Shown piece after piece: positions 36,340 through 36,952 of a DNA stretch of 36,952 nucleotides (its first letter is position 1; every line of letters starts with the position of its first letter). The DNA lies in NCBI GenBank assembly GCA_910592345.1, contig CAJVPI010000279.1:1-36952 (forward strand), in the 5' to 3' direction. A program made the translations under genes and the position numbers. Source of the DNA: Paraglomus brasilianum. Taxonomy: Eukaryota. Below the pieces are notes generated by a model, which saw only the letters and a program-made list of their open reading frames with translations, ran no database searches and was not told where the DNA came from.

Positions 36340-36952
36340 TCAGCAAGTGCCTCATTCTGGTAGTCGTGCGCATGCAGACATATTTTAGTACGGGCTGTAG
36401 TGGACAATTATATGCTACAAAAGTGTAATGATGCGATTATATTATAAATTACAGTAAATTGACCATACTTCATTATTTGCCATCATTTAATAATTATCAT
36501 TACTATTAACTGAGCACTGCAATCAAAAATAGTCCCTCTCCCATCCACTTGCCTCGATCCTCCTATTCTCCAATGTCCTCTTTGGTAATTCTTTGAAGAA
36601 GTGGAAAAGTCATATTTGTCAGCCATGAAACAGTCGACCATTATCTATTGTACGTGATATATATATATATATACGCATCCATTTAACCATTATTAATAGC
36701 GGATTTTTGGTCGATCTATAACCATGAATAGCTAGATAAACGTCCAAATAGAAATAGAAATCGTCCATAAAAGGTCAAGTCCTTTTCATTTTTTGTTCCC
36801 AAATTTTTGAACTAATATGTGTAGATGATCTGCCGAGAGCAGAAAAAAAAACTAGTCACTGCTGCTACTTCAACAAGCACTATTACTTGCAAATTCTTCT
36901 AGTGATAGTGAAGAGTCTCAAGTTCTGAATCAAGTGATAATGAACTGACTCT

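Noticed and set aside
36138..36428. Short ORFs on both strands with repeated peptides
   Set aside because: By-products of the MITE's tandem and inverted repeats.

Overview
Eukaryotic, intron-containing, AT-rich fungal DNA, most likely Mucoromycota/Glomeromycotina (inferred from the gene-family mix). I built all gene models by hand from GT-AG introns that keep the reading frame. The left part (about 3.6-19.4 kb) holds intact genes: an ALO/GULO-type FAD oxidase with altered active-site motifs, an aldo-keto reductase, a mitochondrial-type TPR membrane protein, a long TPR-array protein, a BTB/T1 (KCTD-like) protein and D-3-phosphoglycerate dehydrogenase. The window starts with a frameshifted, intron-retaining fragment of a White Collar-1 LOV domain. 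The right part (about 20-37 kb) is an accessory compartment rich in repeats and relics. It contains an intact 3-exon Uma2-like PD-(D/E)xK nuclease gene (with two decayed paralogues in the window), a decayed primase resembling NCLDV/asfarvirus AEP primases, a SAM-domain relic and an intact Crinkler gene (CRN N-terminus, P-loop NTPase, restriction-endonuclease-like domain). It also contains a second decayed Uma2-like gene and a transposase relic. Small non-autonomous transposons across the window have TA, 9-bp and 4-bp target-site duplications. Family assignments rest on motifs recognised from memory, not on database searches.
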